The notes beneath the pieces were generated by a model that worked only from the letters and a program-made list of their open reading frames with translations, did no database searches and was not told the DNA's origin. 64,000 nucleotides of DNA from Macrostomum lignano (taxonomy: Eukaryota), in assembly GCA_002269645.1 (NCBI GenBank), contig NIVC01000814.1:186001-250000 (forward strand), in the 5' to 3' direction. Positions 1-16,059 of the stretch are shown one piece after another (the stretch's first letter is position 1; each line of letters opens with the position of its first letter). Made by a program: the position numbers and the translations under genes.

Positions 1-70
1 CCTCAGGTGACCCGATTTCATTCTCAGGTGAACCAACCTTGTCTTCAGGTGACCCAAGCTTGTCCTCAAA
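1..70 (+). repeat. End of an intronic minisatellite, about 21-nt unit (ctcaggtgacc...)
   Basis: Three YCAG|GTGA-containing units lie upstream of the 119 acceptor; the array is truncated by the window edge. Confidence 0.6.
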
Positions 71-118
71 TAGATCTCAGCTAATTTAAAGTCTTGAGCA
101 AACCAACCATCCCGCCAG

Positions 119-3988
<3,870 letters not shown>

Positions 3989-4169
3989 CCTGCACTCCTA
4001 CTTAGTACAGTAGTTAGTGAGTAGATAGCACACGAAAACAGCAGATCTTCTGCTAAAATGCCAAGCCCACATACGACCTGTGTTTTTGGCAGCTTGAAAC
4101 CAACTTTTTATATTTTAGCGACAAAGTTGAGAGAAACTTTGCGGCACGACAATGACCACTGGACATTTT

Positions 4170-4585
4170 AATGAGATAGTTGAGTGGACATTTTATAGCG
4201 ACTTAGTTAGGTGGACATTTTAGCGACATAGCTAAGTGGACATTTTATAGCGACATAGCTAAGTGGACATTTTATAGCGACATTGCTAAGTAGACATTTT
4301 ATAGCGACATAGCTAAGTGGACATTTTATAGCGACTTAGTTAGGTGGAAATTTTAGCGACATAGCTAAGTGGACATTTTATAGCGACATAGCTAAGTGGA
4401 CATTTTATAGCGACATAGCTAAGTGGACATTTTATAGCGACATAGCTAAGTGGACATTTTATAGCGACTTAGTTAGGTGGACATTAGCGTACAAGTGGAC
4501 ATTTTATAGCGACATAGCTAAGACATTTTATAGCGACATAGCTAAGTGGACATTTTATAGCGACATAGTTAAGTGGACATTTTAG
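4170..4585 (+). repeat. 27-nt minisatellite (gacattttatagcgacatagctaagtg), 3' of Csk
   Basis: About 15 units. Confidence 0.95.
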
Positions 4586-5667
4586 CAGACATTTATTTGA
4601 GCTGCCAATATAGAACACAGCAACAATCATGATTTCCTGTAACAATGAGTTTTTTCTTATTTTGGTGTTGTTTGTCCTTGTTATAATGACCGGCTTCGAA
4701 TAACGATTGACAAAGTTTAAAATTTGATTTTTTTTAAGCTTCTTCCATTTCTGCGTATTCAAGTGTTCGATTATTTGAATAAACTGCTGAATAATAATAA
4801 TTGATTTGCAGCATTGTTTTTTTCTATTCAAGACTTTCAATTATGCACTGCACGTGTTGTTTAGGAGTTTTAGCAAAGAAGTCAGCTCACCGTAAGCTTT
4901 TATCTCCCACCTGTAGAAGTATACCATCTTAATTAGTCTTGTGGAATTTTTTTTTTGAATCGCTCATTTCAGAGTTTGTACATTTTTTTTACAGGTATTT
5001 CGCACTCAATATCGGCCATTTGAGTTCGCTAAATTACAACGAATTAGCGACAGTATTTTTTAAGTATTAAATCACTTTCCCCCCCCCCCCCGTTAAAACT
5101 ACTGTCAGCGTAAGTAGTAGCATGCGACATTTTTTATCAAAATCTGTTGGCGCTTTTAAAAATTAAATTTAGACTTTAATGGACAGTAATATAATAATAA
5201 TTAATAGATCCATGATCCGTGATAGTTTAAACTGAGTTGTGTCATGTTAAACTGACACATTCGATCATTCGTTACCTACTCGTTTTGTTGTTTTATTTTA
5301 CAATAACCTTTGTCAGCTGTACACGTCTACGATAAAAAATGCTGATTTTTTTAATCTCCTGTCGTTCTGTGCAATATATGATACAAGATTTTTGCATGCG
5401 GTTAGATTGAAAATCTTCTGCTTTCCTTTACGCCTTATATATGGTCACTATATATATATTTTTACGAATACGCTGGTATATATTATTTAAATATATTGTG
5501 TTATATCTGTTATATCTGCGTCAGTGCTTAGTTTTTTTATAATCGCGCCCTGTGACGCTGTGTGCCAGTGTGCCCTACTTATATATTTGTATTCGGCATT
5601 TTTCGTTTTGGCTGTATTTTTGTGCAAGCTTAATGCGTCGCTTGAGATAGCATATTAAAACTCAAAC

Positions 5668-6345
5668 TAGACGCCCACCTGTCAATTGATCAAGAGTGTC
5701 AGGTGTCAAACTAGGCGCCCTGCACTTGTCATTTGATCAAGAGGCTCTAGGTGTCAAACTAGGCGCCCTGCACCTGTCAGTTGATCAAGAGGCTCCAGGT
5801 GTCAAACTAGGCGCCCTGCACCTGTCAGTTGATCAAGAGGCTCCATGTGTCAAACTAGGCGCCCTGCACCTGTCAGTTGATCAAGAGGCTCCAGGTGTCA
5901 AACTAGGCGCCCTGCACCTGTCAGTTGATCAAGAGGCTCCATGTGTCAAACTAGGCGCCCTGCACCTGTCAGTTGATCAAGAGGCTCCATGTGTCAAACT
6001 AGGCGCCCTGCACCTGTCAGTTGATCAAGAGTGTCGGGTGTCAAACTAGGCGACCTGCACCTGTCAGTTGATCAAGAGGCTCCAGGTGTCAAACTAGGCG
6101 CCTGCACCTGTCAGTTGATCAAGAGGCTCCAGGTGTCAAACTAGGCGCCCTGCACCTGTCAGTTGATCAAGAGTGTCAGGTGTCAAACTAGGCGCCCTGC
6201 ACCTGTCAGTTGATCAAGAGTGTCGGGTGTCAAACTAGGCGCCCTGCACCTGTCAGTTGATCAAGAGTGTCGGGTGTCAAACTAGGCGCCCTGCACCTGT
6301 CAGTTGATCAAGAGTGTCAGGTGTCAAACTAGGCGCCCACTTGTC
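5668..6345 (+). repeat. 48-nt minisatellite (caggtgtcaaactaggcgccctgcacctgtcagttgatcaagaggctc)
   Basis: About 14 units; explains ORF 5696-6049. Confidence 0.95.
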
Positions 6346-6399
6346 AGTCGCTCGTGATACACTACACGTCTACTGCAGTTTCCATGTACATGTAGGTAC

Positions 6400-6901
6400 G
6401 CAAACTATATGTGGTGTACGCGTAGCCAGTCGGGGCAAAAGGGTCCTGTGGCTTCCACGACAGCAGGTTTGGTGTCTCTGTTGCCAACAATTCCCCTTGG
6501 CGCTATTGCCCCTTTTTATTATCCGAGGCAGGGTCTGTGTGGTGCACCCTGGCGCTCTTTGAACGGACATTGTCACACAACCGGCGAGAGGCATTACTGC
6601 CCATTCCGCCGACTTCCCTGAGAGGCACAAAAGCGCGCGGATACGTATGCAGTCATATGCACAGGCACACACTCACACGGGAGTGTACAGCGGCCCTAAC
6701 TTTATTTATCGTTATTCATGTACACTTCACTGCGCCTTTGGGGTTGGCCTTCTAAGGCGTTAATTGTACGAGCAGAGCCAAGCCGAGATTCAAATTTAGC
6801 CTGCTAAAATTCCATTTTAGATTAATGTGACTGCACTTGGAATCGAGCCTGGGCCGCTGACATATCAGAGAGCCGCACTAGACAACTAGGCTACTGACCC
6901 C
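6400..6901 (-). mobile_element. tRNA-derived SINE family A, near full-length copy
   Basis: The reverse complement starts ggggtcagtagcctagttgtctagtgcggc (A-box-like), then GGCTCGATTCC (B-box), and is colinear with 22814-23170 over about 330 nt. The 3' limit is approximate. Confidence 0.75.
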
Positions 6902-6979
6902 TGCTGGGTATACTCGTACATGCAGCAGAACTAAGGGCATGCAGATATGTTTGTCCGTGGGAATTCCAGTCATAATCGA

Positions 6980-7700
6980 TCATGCTGTTGGCGGATTTCT
7001 TCTCGCCGCATTCGTCAGCAGCTGCAAAGCTTCGGCCGGCAGACAGGCGTCTCTGGCCAGCTGGAGCAGCGTCGGCGACAGCGTCTGGCAGCTCTGCTGT
7101 TGCAAGCGTCCGCGTCCGGATTGAGACGGATTTGAATTGGCGCCAAATGTCGTTAGAAGCAGCAGGTCGGGCTTGGCCGCAGTCAGGACTGCCAGAGTGT
7201 CAACTGAGCCACTTCTGGCGCAGCGGATTGCAGCTAATTGCAGTCGTCTAGTGGTCGCTTCGACTGTCACGGAGTTGTTGCCGCCACTAAGCGACAGATC
7301 GTTGCTAAGCAACGCGTCGTCGCTTAGCAACAACCATTCGGCTATTTGAGCTCGATCATACAGAAATGTGCAAATATGACTAGCAAATGTCCAACGCGTC
7401 GACTAGTAGCAGCCAAGTCCTGCCGTGGATGCTGATGTTTCGCTGCCCTGAGCTTGCAATGGCGAGTAGCTCTGGCAACGCGTCGCGAATTGTCCCTACT
7501 GCAACCGCAAATAGACATTGCATACCATTGTCCTGCTGATGCGACGCTGACAATGGTCGAGTAGTAGCCTGGCAATCGCGAGTTAGGCGATAGACATGAA
7601 TAATTGTCCTGCTTGACGGGTGCAATGTTGACTTTGATTTTGATGCTCTAAAATTGTTAATGAGGCCTGTTGTGAACTGTGGCCCATCATCTATGACCAA
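6980..7700 (-). other. Coding-like segment, possible downstream exon of the ankyrin gene or a pseudo-exon, with an apparent frameshift near 7380-7403
   Basis: GC-rich island with two overlapping minus-strand ORFs (7700-7380 and about 7400-6980) carrying degenerate ankyrin-like words (DNGMQCLFAVA, HGRTWLLLV, AQIAEWLL). It is separated from the ankyrin gene by a tandem array, as the other introns are. Confidence 0.35.
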
Positions 7701-7789
7701 AGACTGCTAGGTAAGGGACTAGATGCGCCTTGTTTCTTAAAAGTTTTTAAAGGCCTAATAAACTGCTTCCATGTAGGGTGCCAAGGCTA

Positions 7790-8638
7790 CTGGAATTAAG
7801 GGGGGCAAAGCTACTGTAAATAGGGGGCGAGGCTACTGTAATTGAGGGGATAAGGCTACTGTAATTTGGGGTCAAGGCTACTGTAATTGTGGGGATAAGG
7901 CTACTGTAATTTCGGTCAAAGCTACTGTAATTGTGGGGGGCAAGGCTACTGTAATTGTGGGGGACAATGCTACTGTGATTGAGGGGGGCAAGGCTATTGT
8001 AATTGAGAAGGGGCAAACCTACTCTAATAGGGGGAGGCAAGGCTACTGTAATTGGGGGAGGCAAAGCTACTCTAATAGGGGGAGGCAAGGCTACTGTAAT
8101 TGGGGAAGGCAAGGCTACTGTAATTGTGGGGGGGGCAAGGCTACTGTAATTGTGGGGGGCAAGGCTACTGTAATTGTGGGAGGCAAGGCTACTGTAATTG
8201 GGGGGGGCAAGGCTACTGTAATTGGGGGGGGCAAGGCTACTGTAATTGGGGGAGGCAAGGCTACTGTAACTGTGGGAGGCAAGGCTACTGTAATTGGGGG
8301 AGGCAAGGCTACTGTAATTGGGGGGAGGCAAGGCTACTGTAATTGGGGGGGGGCAAGGCTACTGTAATTGGGGGGGGGCAAGGCTACTGTAATTGGGGGG
8401 GGGCAAGGCTACTGTAATTGGGGGGAGGCAAGGCTACTGTAATTGGGGGAGGCAAGGCTACTTTTATCAGGGGAGGCAAGGCTACTGTAATTGGGGGGAG
8501 GCAAGGCTACTGTAATTGGGGGAGGCAAGGCTACTTTTATCAGGGGAGGCAAGGCTACTGTAATTGTGGGAGGCAAGGCTACTGTAATTGGGGGAGGCAA
8601 GGCTACTTTTATCAGGGGAGGCAAGGCTACTGTAATTT
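7790..8638 (+). repeat. About 24-nt G-run minisatellite (ggcaaggctactgtaattggggga)
   Basis: About 35 units with a variable G-run. Confidence 0.95.
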
Positions 8639-8679
8639 AGCCTAGACTACTACAGCTCAGTACAATCAATCACACAGCC

Positions 8680-10733
8680 TCACTCTCTTTGGTCTTCACC
8701 GCCATCAGCATCTAGATCTAAAAGTACATCAGGACTCGTTGTCGCTGTTGTTGCCATAGCAACAGTAGCACCAGCCAGCAGCAGGCAGGCAGCCATCTGG
8801 ACTCGATCCCGCCTTGCGCACCACATCAGCGCTGTCTGACCATTCGAGTCGGTGGCGTCGAGACCACCTCGGCCGTCGCCGCCGTTGCCAGGCGAGAAAA
8901 ATGCGTCGCATAGCAACTGCCCAACCCGACGCGAATCGGAGAACGCGCACACAATCAACGGTGTGTAGCGATTTTTACACCGGCTCGTCTGTCTGGCCGA
9001 GACGCCGCGACTGTACAGTTCGAGTGCCACATTGTAGCTATCGGATGCGCAGGCCCATAGCAACGGCGTGAACCCGTTGTCGTAGCTGGCCGTCTCGGTG
9101 CTCGCTCCGGCGTCTAGCAGTTCGATGGCCACGCCAAGATTGTCGTTGATAGCGGCCAAGCTCAGGGCGGTGTCGCCTGAGTTCCTGCGGCACTCCAGGT
9201 TGCAGCCCTGCATGCGGTGGTGGCGGCGGCGGCACTCGGTCATACAGTCACTCGGTCATACAGTCACTCGGTCATACAGTCACTCGGTCATACAGTCACT
9301 CGGTCATACAGTCACTCGGTCATACAGTCATTCGGTCATACAGTCACTCGGTCATACAGTCACTCGGTCATACAGTCACTCGGTCATACAGTCACTCGGT
9401 CATACAGTCACTCGGTCATACAGTCACTCGGTCATACAGTCACTCGGTCATACAGTCACTCGTTCATACAGTCACTCGGTCATACAGTCACTCGGTCATA
9501 CAGTCACTCGGTCATACAGTCACTCGGTCATACAGTCACTCGGTCATACAGTCACTCGGTCATACAGTCACTCGGTCATACAGTCACTCGGTCATTCAGT
9601 CACTCGGTCATACAGTCATTCGGTCATACAGTCACTCGGTCATACAGTCACTCAGCCATACAGTCACTCAGCCATACAATTTAATAAAACCGGAAACCGT
9701 CATTTAAAACTCACCTTATCTATGAGCAGCCTAGCAACAGTAACCAAGTCATTTTCGGCCGCGCTCATCAGTGCCGTCTCGCCCGCATCGTTCTGAGCGT
9801 TCGCGTTCACTTTGTACCCTCCGCAACCGCATCCGTCAAGCAGGACTCGCATCGCCTTCGCTGAATTGCTTTTAGCCGCCAATATCAATGCCGTATTGCC
9901 GAATCGGTCTCGAGCTTCGACGTCGAGGACGGGAACTCGACGCCCGACGTTCAGTCGCAGCAGCACGCCGACACTGACTGGCGCATTGCTGGCGCAGGCG
10001 GCCATCAGGGCGGTGCGGCCGAGACGGGACTCCCGGCTGTTCGGGTCGGCTGGCGGAGCGCCGGCGCTTCCGGAGAGAATCTGGCGCAGGATCTGCGGGA
10101 TTGGAATTGGGGGAACTCGAAGTGAGCTGCGGTTCTTGGGTGTTGGGATTGCTAGTCTCCCAGATCCTTCGGGTTTTGGGGTCTCTGATTTCCTTGACAC
10201 TCAGTTGCCGAGCCAGCCTCCCAGATCCTCAGTTTCTGGGCCAGCCTCCCAGATCCTCAGTTGCAGGGCCAGCCTCCCAGCTCCATCCTCAGTTGCTGGA
10301 CCAGCCTGCCCGCTCCATCCTCAGTTTCTGGGCCAGCCTCCCAGCTTCATCCCCAGTTGCTGGACCAGCCTCCCAGCTCCATTCTCAATTTCTGGGCCAG
10401 CCTCCCAGACCCTCAGTTTCTGAGCCAGCCTCCCAGCTCCATCCTTAGTTGCTGGCCCAGCCTCTCCGCTTTATCTTCAGTTGCTGAGCCGGCCTCCCAG
10501 CTCCATCTTCATTTTCTGGGCATTTCAGATCCTCAGTTGCTAAGGTAGCACAGGCTTTGAAACAAAAAACAAAGTTTTACTGTATAGCTACGTACATATC
10601 AGTGCTACAATAAGCATTTTTTCACCTGGCTGTCGCCGGATGCCGAAGCTTTGTACAGCTGATCCGCCAGCGTGTGCTCGCAGCAGGACGTCGCTGGTCT
10701 CCTTGGTGACGTTTTCGTCCCGCAAGGAATCAT
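8680..10733 (-). CDS. Ankyrin-repeat protein; exons 10733-10626, 10092-9715, 9207-8680 (about 337 aa; may extend to a further exon near 7.0-7.7 kb)
   Basis: Multiple ankyrin consensus repeats (GRTALMAAC, GNTALILAA, GETALMSAA, GDTALSLAA, GFTPLLWAC, GQTALMWCA). Phase-0 GT-AG junctions join QLYKASASGDSQ|ILRQIL and LIDK|GCNLE. Confidence 0.8.
9236..9675 (+). repeat. 16-nt minisatellite (gtcactcggtcataca), ankyrin intron 2
   Basis: About 27 units. Confidence 0.97.
10200..10545 (+). repeat. About 32-nt degenerate minisatellite (cctcagttgctgggccagcctcccagctccat), ankyrin intron 1
   Basis: About 10 units. Confidence 0.85.
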
Positions 10734-11105
10734 ACCAGCTTCACTGTTTTAGCGACTGTCCGCACTGTATGACCATCAATTTGAGCGCGCGCAGCTCTTG
10801 ACGCGCGGCCATGTGACTTATATCGGCAAGAGTAAGATGTCTCATGCAGTATGCATTTGGCTACTGCTGATACCTTATACCAAAGCCATGGTTAATCCCA
10901 ATCCAAATGGATGTTATAGCTGCTGTTTGACCGCTGTTATCCTTTTTTGGCGGTCAATTGGACCTCTTCATTAACTATTTAACAATGAAGCTGGGGGTAT
11001 TGAGAAGCTATATACGTACTGTAGTGATGCCTTGTATAGTTTGAGATGTTTTATTTAATTTACGATTATCTATCTACATTTAGCTATATTTTAAATCTCA
11101 AGTAA

Positions 11106-11905
11106 TATGACGTGTCGGAGATATGAAGTGTCGGAGATAAGAAGTGTCGGAGATATGAAGTGTCGGAGATATGAAGTGTCGGAGATATGAAATCTTGGAG
11201 ATATGAAATCTCGGAGATATGAAGTGTCGGAGATATGAAGTGTCGGAGATATGAAGTGTCGGAGATAAGAAGTGTCGGAGATATGAAGTGTCGGAGATAT
11301 GAAGTGTCGGAGATATGAAATCTTGGAGATATGAAATCTCGGAGATATGAAGTGTCGGAGATATGAAGTGTCGGAGATATGAAGTGTCGGAGATATGAAG
11401 TGTCGGAGACATGAAGTGTGAGAGATATGAAGTGTCGGAGATATGAAGTGTGGGAGATATGAAGTGTCGGAGATATGAAGTGTCGGAGATATGAAGTGTC
11501 GGAGATATGAAGTGTCGGAGATAAGAAGTGTCGGAGATATGAAGTGTCGGAGATATGAAGTGTCGGAGATATGAAATCTTGGAGATATGAAATCTCGGAG
11601 ATATGAAGTGTCGGAGATATGAAGTGTCGGAGATATGAAGTGTCGGAGATATGAAGTGTCGGAGACATGAAGTGTGAGAGATATGAAGTGTCGGAGATAT
11701 GAAGTGTGGGAGATATGAAGTGTCGGAGATATGAAGTGTGGGAGATATGAAGTGTCGGAGATATGAAGTGTCGGAGACATGAAGTGTGGGAGATATGAAG
11801 TGTGGGAGATATGAAGTGTGGGAGATATGAAGTGTCGGAGATATGAAGTGTCGGAGATATGAAGTGTGGGAGATATGAAGTGTCGGAGATATGAAGTGTC
11901 GGAGG
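11106..11905 (+). repeat. 16-nt minisatellite (gtgtcggagatatgaa)
   Basis: About 50 units with recurrent variant blocks. Confidence 0.97.
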
Positions 11906-12663
11906 TTTCAAGATTCGGAGATATACATGTATATGGCTACGCTGCAGACTATCTCGTGCTTCTGTTATCGTCAATGGTGCATAGAGGGCTTCGTCCTGCA
12001 GAGACGGCCCTGCTGGACAATTAATTGATTATTGTTGCGGCACGAGAGTGTCGTGCTGTGCGTGCCGGACGACATCGAGGCTGCTGAGATTCGATGGCGA
12101 CGGAACTTCTATACGCTGCCAGCACGGTTTCTCTCAGCTGACCTTGACGGCTGGGTTCCCGCGACGCCTGGGAGGATCTTGGCGCTTTAATGGCTCAAGC
12201 TTCGGCTGGTCGTGGGAAGTATAGTGTGGCCTAGCTACTACACATGTTCATTTGCAGCCAAAAAGCTCCTAAAGCTCGATCAGTCATAATTTTTACGTGT
12301 AACATGAAATAAAATATATACATGTAGCTAGTAGCTTTTTTCAGACTTCTTGACTTACTGCTGTGATTAAAATTTTATGCGACAGCATATATATGTATGA
12401 ATCACGCATGCACGACATATAGCTACATGCATCTCATACTTACCAGGTAAGAAGTACGACTATACATGCATATGATAATTATGTAAGTTTTTATGACATG
12501 CTACTATGCATACATGTATGAATGTACAGGTACATGCCGTGATGCATGTTACATGCATGAAAATCAGAATGTAATCCCCTTCGAGGATTTTTTTATCCCC
12601 TTCGAGGATAAAAAAGTTACATGTAAAGATATATATTCAGATTAAATAAATGATCAAATGCGT

Positions 12664-13858
12664 GAACGGGAAGTTTGCTTGCCAAAGTTTGCTTGCAGGA
12701 ATTTTGCTTGCCGAACTTTGCTTGCCGAATTTTGCTTGCAGGAATTTTGCTTGCCGAACTTTGCTTGCCGAGCTTTGCTTGCGGAATTTTGCTAGCCAAA
12801 CTTTGCTTGCCGAATTTTGCTTGCCGAATTTTGCTTGCAGGAATTTTGCTTGCCGAACTTTGCTTGCCGAGCTTTGCTTGCGGAATTTTGCTAGCCAAAC
12901 TTTGCTTGCCAAAGTTTGCTTGCAGGAATTTTGCTTGCCGAACTTTGCTTGCCAAAGTTTGCTTGCAGGAATTTTGCTTGCCGAACTTTGCTTGCCGAAT
13001 TTTGCTTGCAGGAATTTTGCTTGCCGAACTTTGCTTGCCGAACTTTGCTTGCCGAACTTTGCTTGCGGAATTTTGCCTGCCGAACTTTGCTTGCCGAACT
13101 TTGCTTGTAGGAAATTTGCTTGCAGGAACTTTGCTTGCCGAACTTTGCTTGCGGAATTTTGTTGTCTGCTTCCTAGAAATTCGCAATCACAATTGCAAGG
13201 TTTTAATACTTGCCGAATTATAATATTTTCTTGCCTGCTTGCATGTTTTGATTGCTTGTGAAGTTGGTCCGTCAATTATTACTTACTACAGATATGCTAC
13301 AGTGGACAGACTTAATTACTACAGTGGATTCTTATCAGCGTCGACGTAAACTAACTTGACACTGAGCTTTCAAACTAGGCTTATAGAGTTTCATTCTAAG
13401 AATTTAGGGGTCGCAATATAAAGCTGTCGTAGCGTAAGTTCGATCGTACGTCGGAACTTTTACACTACGGAGATAGGAGCTATAAGAACGATCTTATCTT
13501 ACGATGTTCTGCATTAGGGCTTTTCAAATCCGCCATATCCTCATACAAAATCATAACACTATAAGAGACTTCCACGAATCTTAGAAAACAAAAATTAGAA
13601 ATACAAGAGCTTAATAATAGGTTCTCTAAGGTTCCACAAGAAAACTGTGTGGCTGGCAAATCTCGGGAAGCAAAGTTCCTGCAAGCAAAATTCGGCAAGC
13701 AAACTTCGGCAAGCAAAGCTCGGCAAGCAAACTTCGGCAGGCAAAATTCGGCAGGCAAAGTTCGGCAAGCAGACTTCGGCAAGCAAATTTCCGCAAGCAA
13801 AAGTCCCGCAAGCAAACTTCGGCAAGCAAACTTCTCGCAAGCAAATTTCATAGACCCG
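12664..13858. mobile_element. Foldback-type element whose arms are tandem 14-15-nt repeats (tttgcttgccgaac / gcaagcaaa)
   Basis: Left arm 12664-13180 and right arm 13661-13858 are inverted and share the inner motif tttc(t/g)(a/g)ggaagca and outer cggg/cccg ends. Confidence 0.6.
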
Positions 13859-15500
13859 TGTGTGTGTATACATGTATAAATAGCTTAAAATGCTAAAAAA
13901 ACCTTAAATGACATAATTTTTAATCAAAGTTTAGTAAAATTTAATAAAATTTAACAAATCCGAAATTGGAAAATATACTTACTGGAACTAATATTAAACA
14001 CCCACATCGGCCGCAGTTGAATTCATCATCACAAAACTAAATAGTAGTAGTAGTAGTAAGTTGGCTCAGGCAAGAAGCCTGTTTGGCCAGTATATTTCTG
14101 TGTATTTAAGATATTTTAGCATTTATATAGTTGTTTAATTACGATTAAGTTCAAAAGGTTAAATTTGTTCAAAAGGTTAAATTTTTACACGATTTACGAT
14201 GCGAGTTACGATATTTGTAAAATTATTAAGGTATTTGAAAGAGCGTTTTTTGTAAAATGATGTAGTTTTTGCAAGCGCGCAATATTTTAAAGCGTGAAAA
14301 ACGAACGAAAAATGAACAAAAACGAACTTCGAAAGAACTTTACGTTTAGCGAATAACGACGATTTAAATAGGTATTAAATAGGAAACTAATTAAATACTA
14401 ATTAAATGCTAATTAAATAGGAAATTAAAAAGACAGTAAATGAATAAACAAATGAAAAGCGGATTTATTACACTGCTGATATGTCTGTTTCAGTTTGCAT
14501 AACTGTTTTAGCTATTCATGACTTCATATATTTTAGCTACACCAGTGAGCTCTTTTCTGACTCTTTTTTCATTTGTAGCATATCCTAACTTGTGTACTTG
14601 CTTGTCATTTAAGAGGTACTGACAGAAGTATTTTTTCTGATCTTTTCAGTTCAGCAAAACTGTACATATTTGCAGTTGATCCATGCGTGTGTCGTGCAGG
14701 ATTTAAATCAAGCGGGGCTTTTTTAGCTTTTCTGTTAATTTATAAAAAATTCTTGGTTAAAAACAATTGAACTTAGATATTATGAGTTTAACTTTTTCTG
14801 CAACAATATTTATTATAAATTATACTTTAACTTCGTTATACTATGCAAAAAAAACTTTTCGGTGTTAAATCGGCCCCTCACGAGCTTCTTAGAATGTAAT
14901 TTAGCACATACGTGGTCAATGTGGAGTCCAGATTCAGTGTTTCTGTAAGTGGCCGAATGTTATGGGGTTAAGGTTAGATGTTAGATGCACCACCAGCAAA
15001 CGAAAAAAACAACCGCTTTCAAACACTGCTAGGTTATTAAACAAAACTAAATACTTTCGACAAATATTTCTAGTTTTTCAGTAGCCTATTTGTTTAAATG
15101 TAAGAATAAGACTAGTTCTATGGCAGAGGTCTACTACATGGCAGAGCCACTATCAGTGATACTGATGATACTGATACTGAATGCTGATAGTGTAACATAA
15201 TATAGCATAGGGCCTACTATGATATCGATTCACTAGGACTACAACAGCTAGGCCTAGCCTACAAGTATTAAAAATTAAAATTCCTAACTACTAGTCTACT
15301 ACTACTAGGCCTAAAAGGCCACACACATGCTAGGGCCTAGTCACTTCATTAATTTAATTGTGCATTACACACATATATTATATACAGTTGTGAGTTGTGT
15401 ACATGTTTATAGCTATATTTCTGCTAGGTGAAGCAGGTTATTTAATTTCAAAATCAAATCACATAGCCATAGCCTAGGCCTATACTATATATTGCATTGG

Positions 15501-16059
15501 GGCAATCCTACACTTCCGTTCGGTAAATTATTTTGACATTGAATTTTGAACAGGCGTGGTAAATAACAATGTAACCAAACAAAACTAAAACAGTGGAACA
15601 TGGTAGCAGTCTGTTAGAGCGCATAGTCACTTAGAGTGTGTCTGCAGGTCATTAAGGTGTCTACAATGGATAGTAATGTCCAATCCAGTACAGGATAGCC
15701 CCAAATGGACATTGTCATTGGGGATACAGACGACGCCAGAGAAATTCCTCAATGTGTGCGTCAAAGAGAGCGTCGCTCGTGCCATGCATGTTGCGGATCT
15801 TGCGCTTCGCGTGGGCCCATGTGCCCTCCACGGTGTTGGTGTGGACATGTCTCCATGGCAATGAAGACTGGAAGATATGAGAAATTGAAGCTCAATAAAA
15901 CAAGCAGCTCACAAGCAACAGCTCCCTTAAACTGACACCCCTTTAAACTCTGTTCGCTCAAACTTTTGGCCATAGACACATTGCCAATCGACGTCATTTG
16001 ACTCGGTGGTACGAATTCAAATATGAAAATAATTTACCGAACGGAAGTGTAGGATTGCC
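15501..16059. mobile_element. Non-autonomous DNA transposon (MITE, 559 bp), Merlin-like
   Basis: Perfect 34-bp TIRs (15501-15534, 16026-16059) starting GGCAA and a perfect 8-bp TSD TGCATTGG (15493-15500, 16060-16067). Confidence 0.85.

Noticed and set aside
7640-7700. Gypsy integrase-like word VIDDGPQFT
   Set aside because: No other DDE-core, RT or LTR features nearby; a 6-residue resemblance is not enough.
10741-10812. Upstream ATG frame with in-frame TGA (possible Sec/readthrough) at the ankyrin 5' end
   Set aside because: The ankyrin-like sequence is in a different frame starting at 10733, and no SECIS is evident; at most a short uORF.
11084-13275. Long ORFs of 180-296 aa in several frames
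   Set aside because: Translations of 16-nt and 14-15-nt tandem units; open on both strands, with no domain content.
13995-14972. Weak inverted similarity (acatcggcc / ggccgaatgt)
   Set aside because: Too short and gapped, with no TSD.
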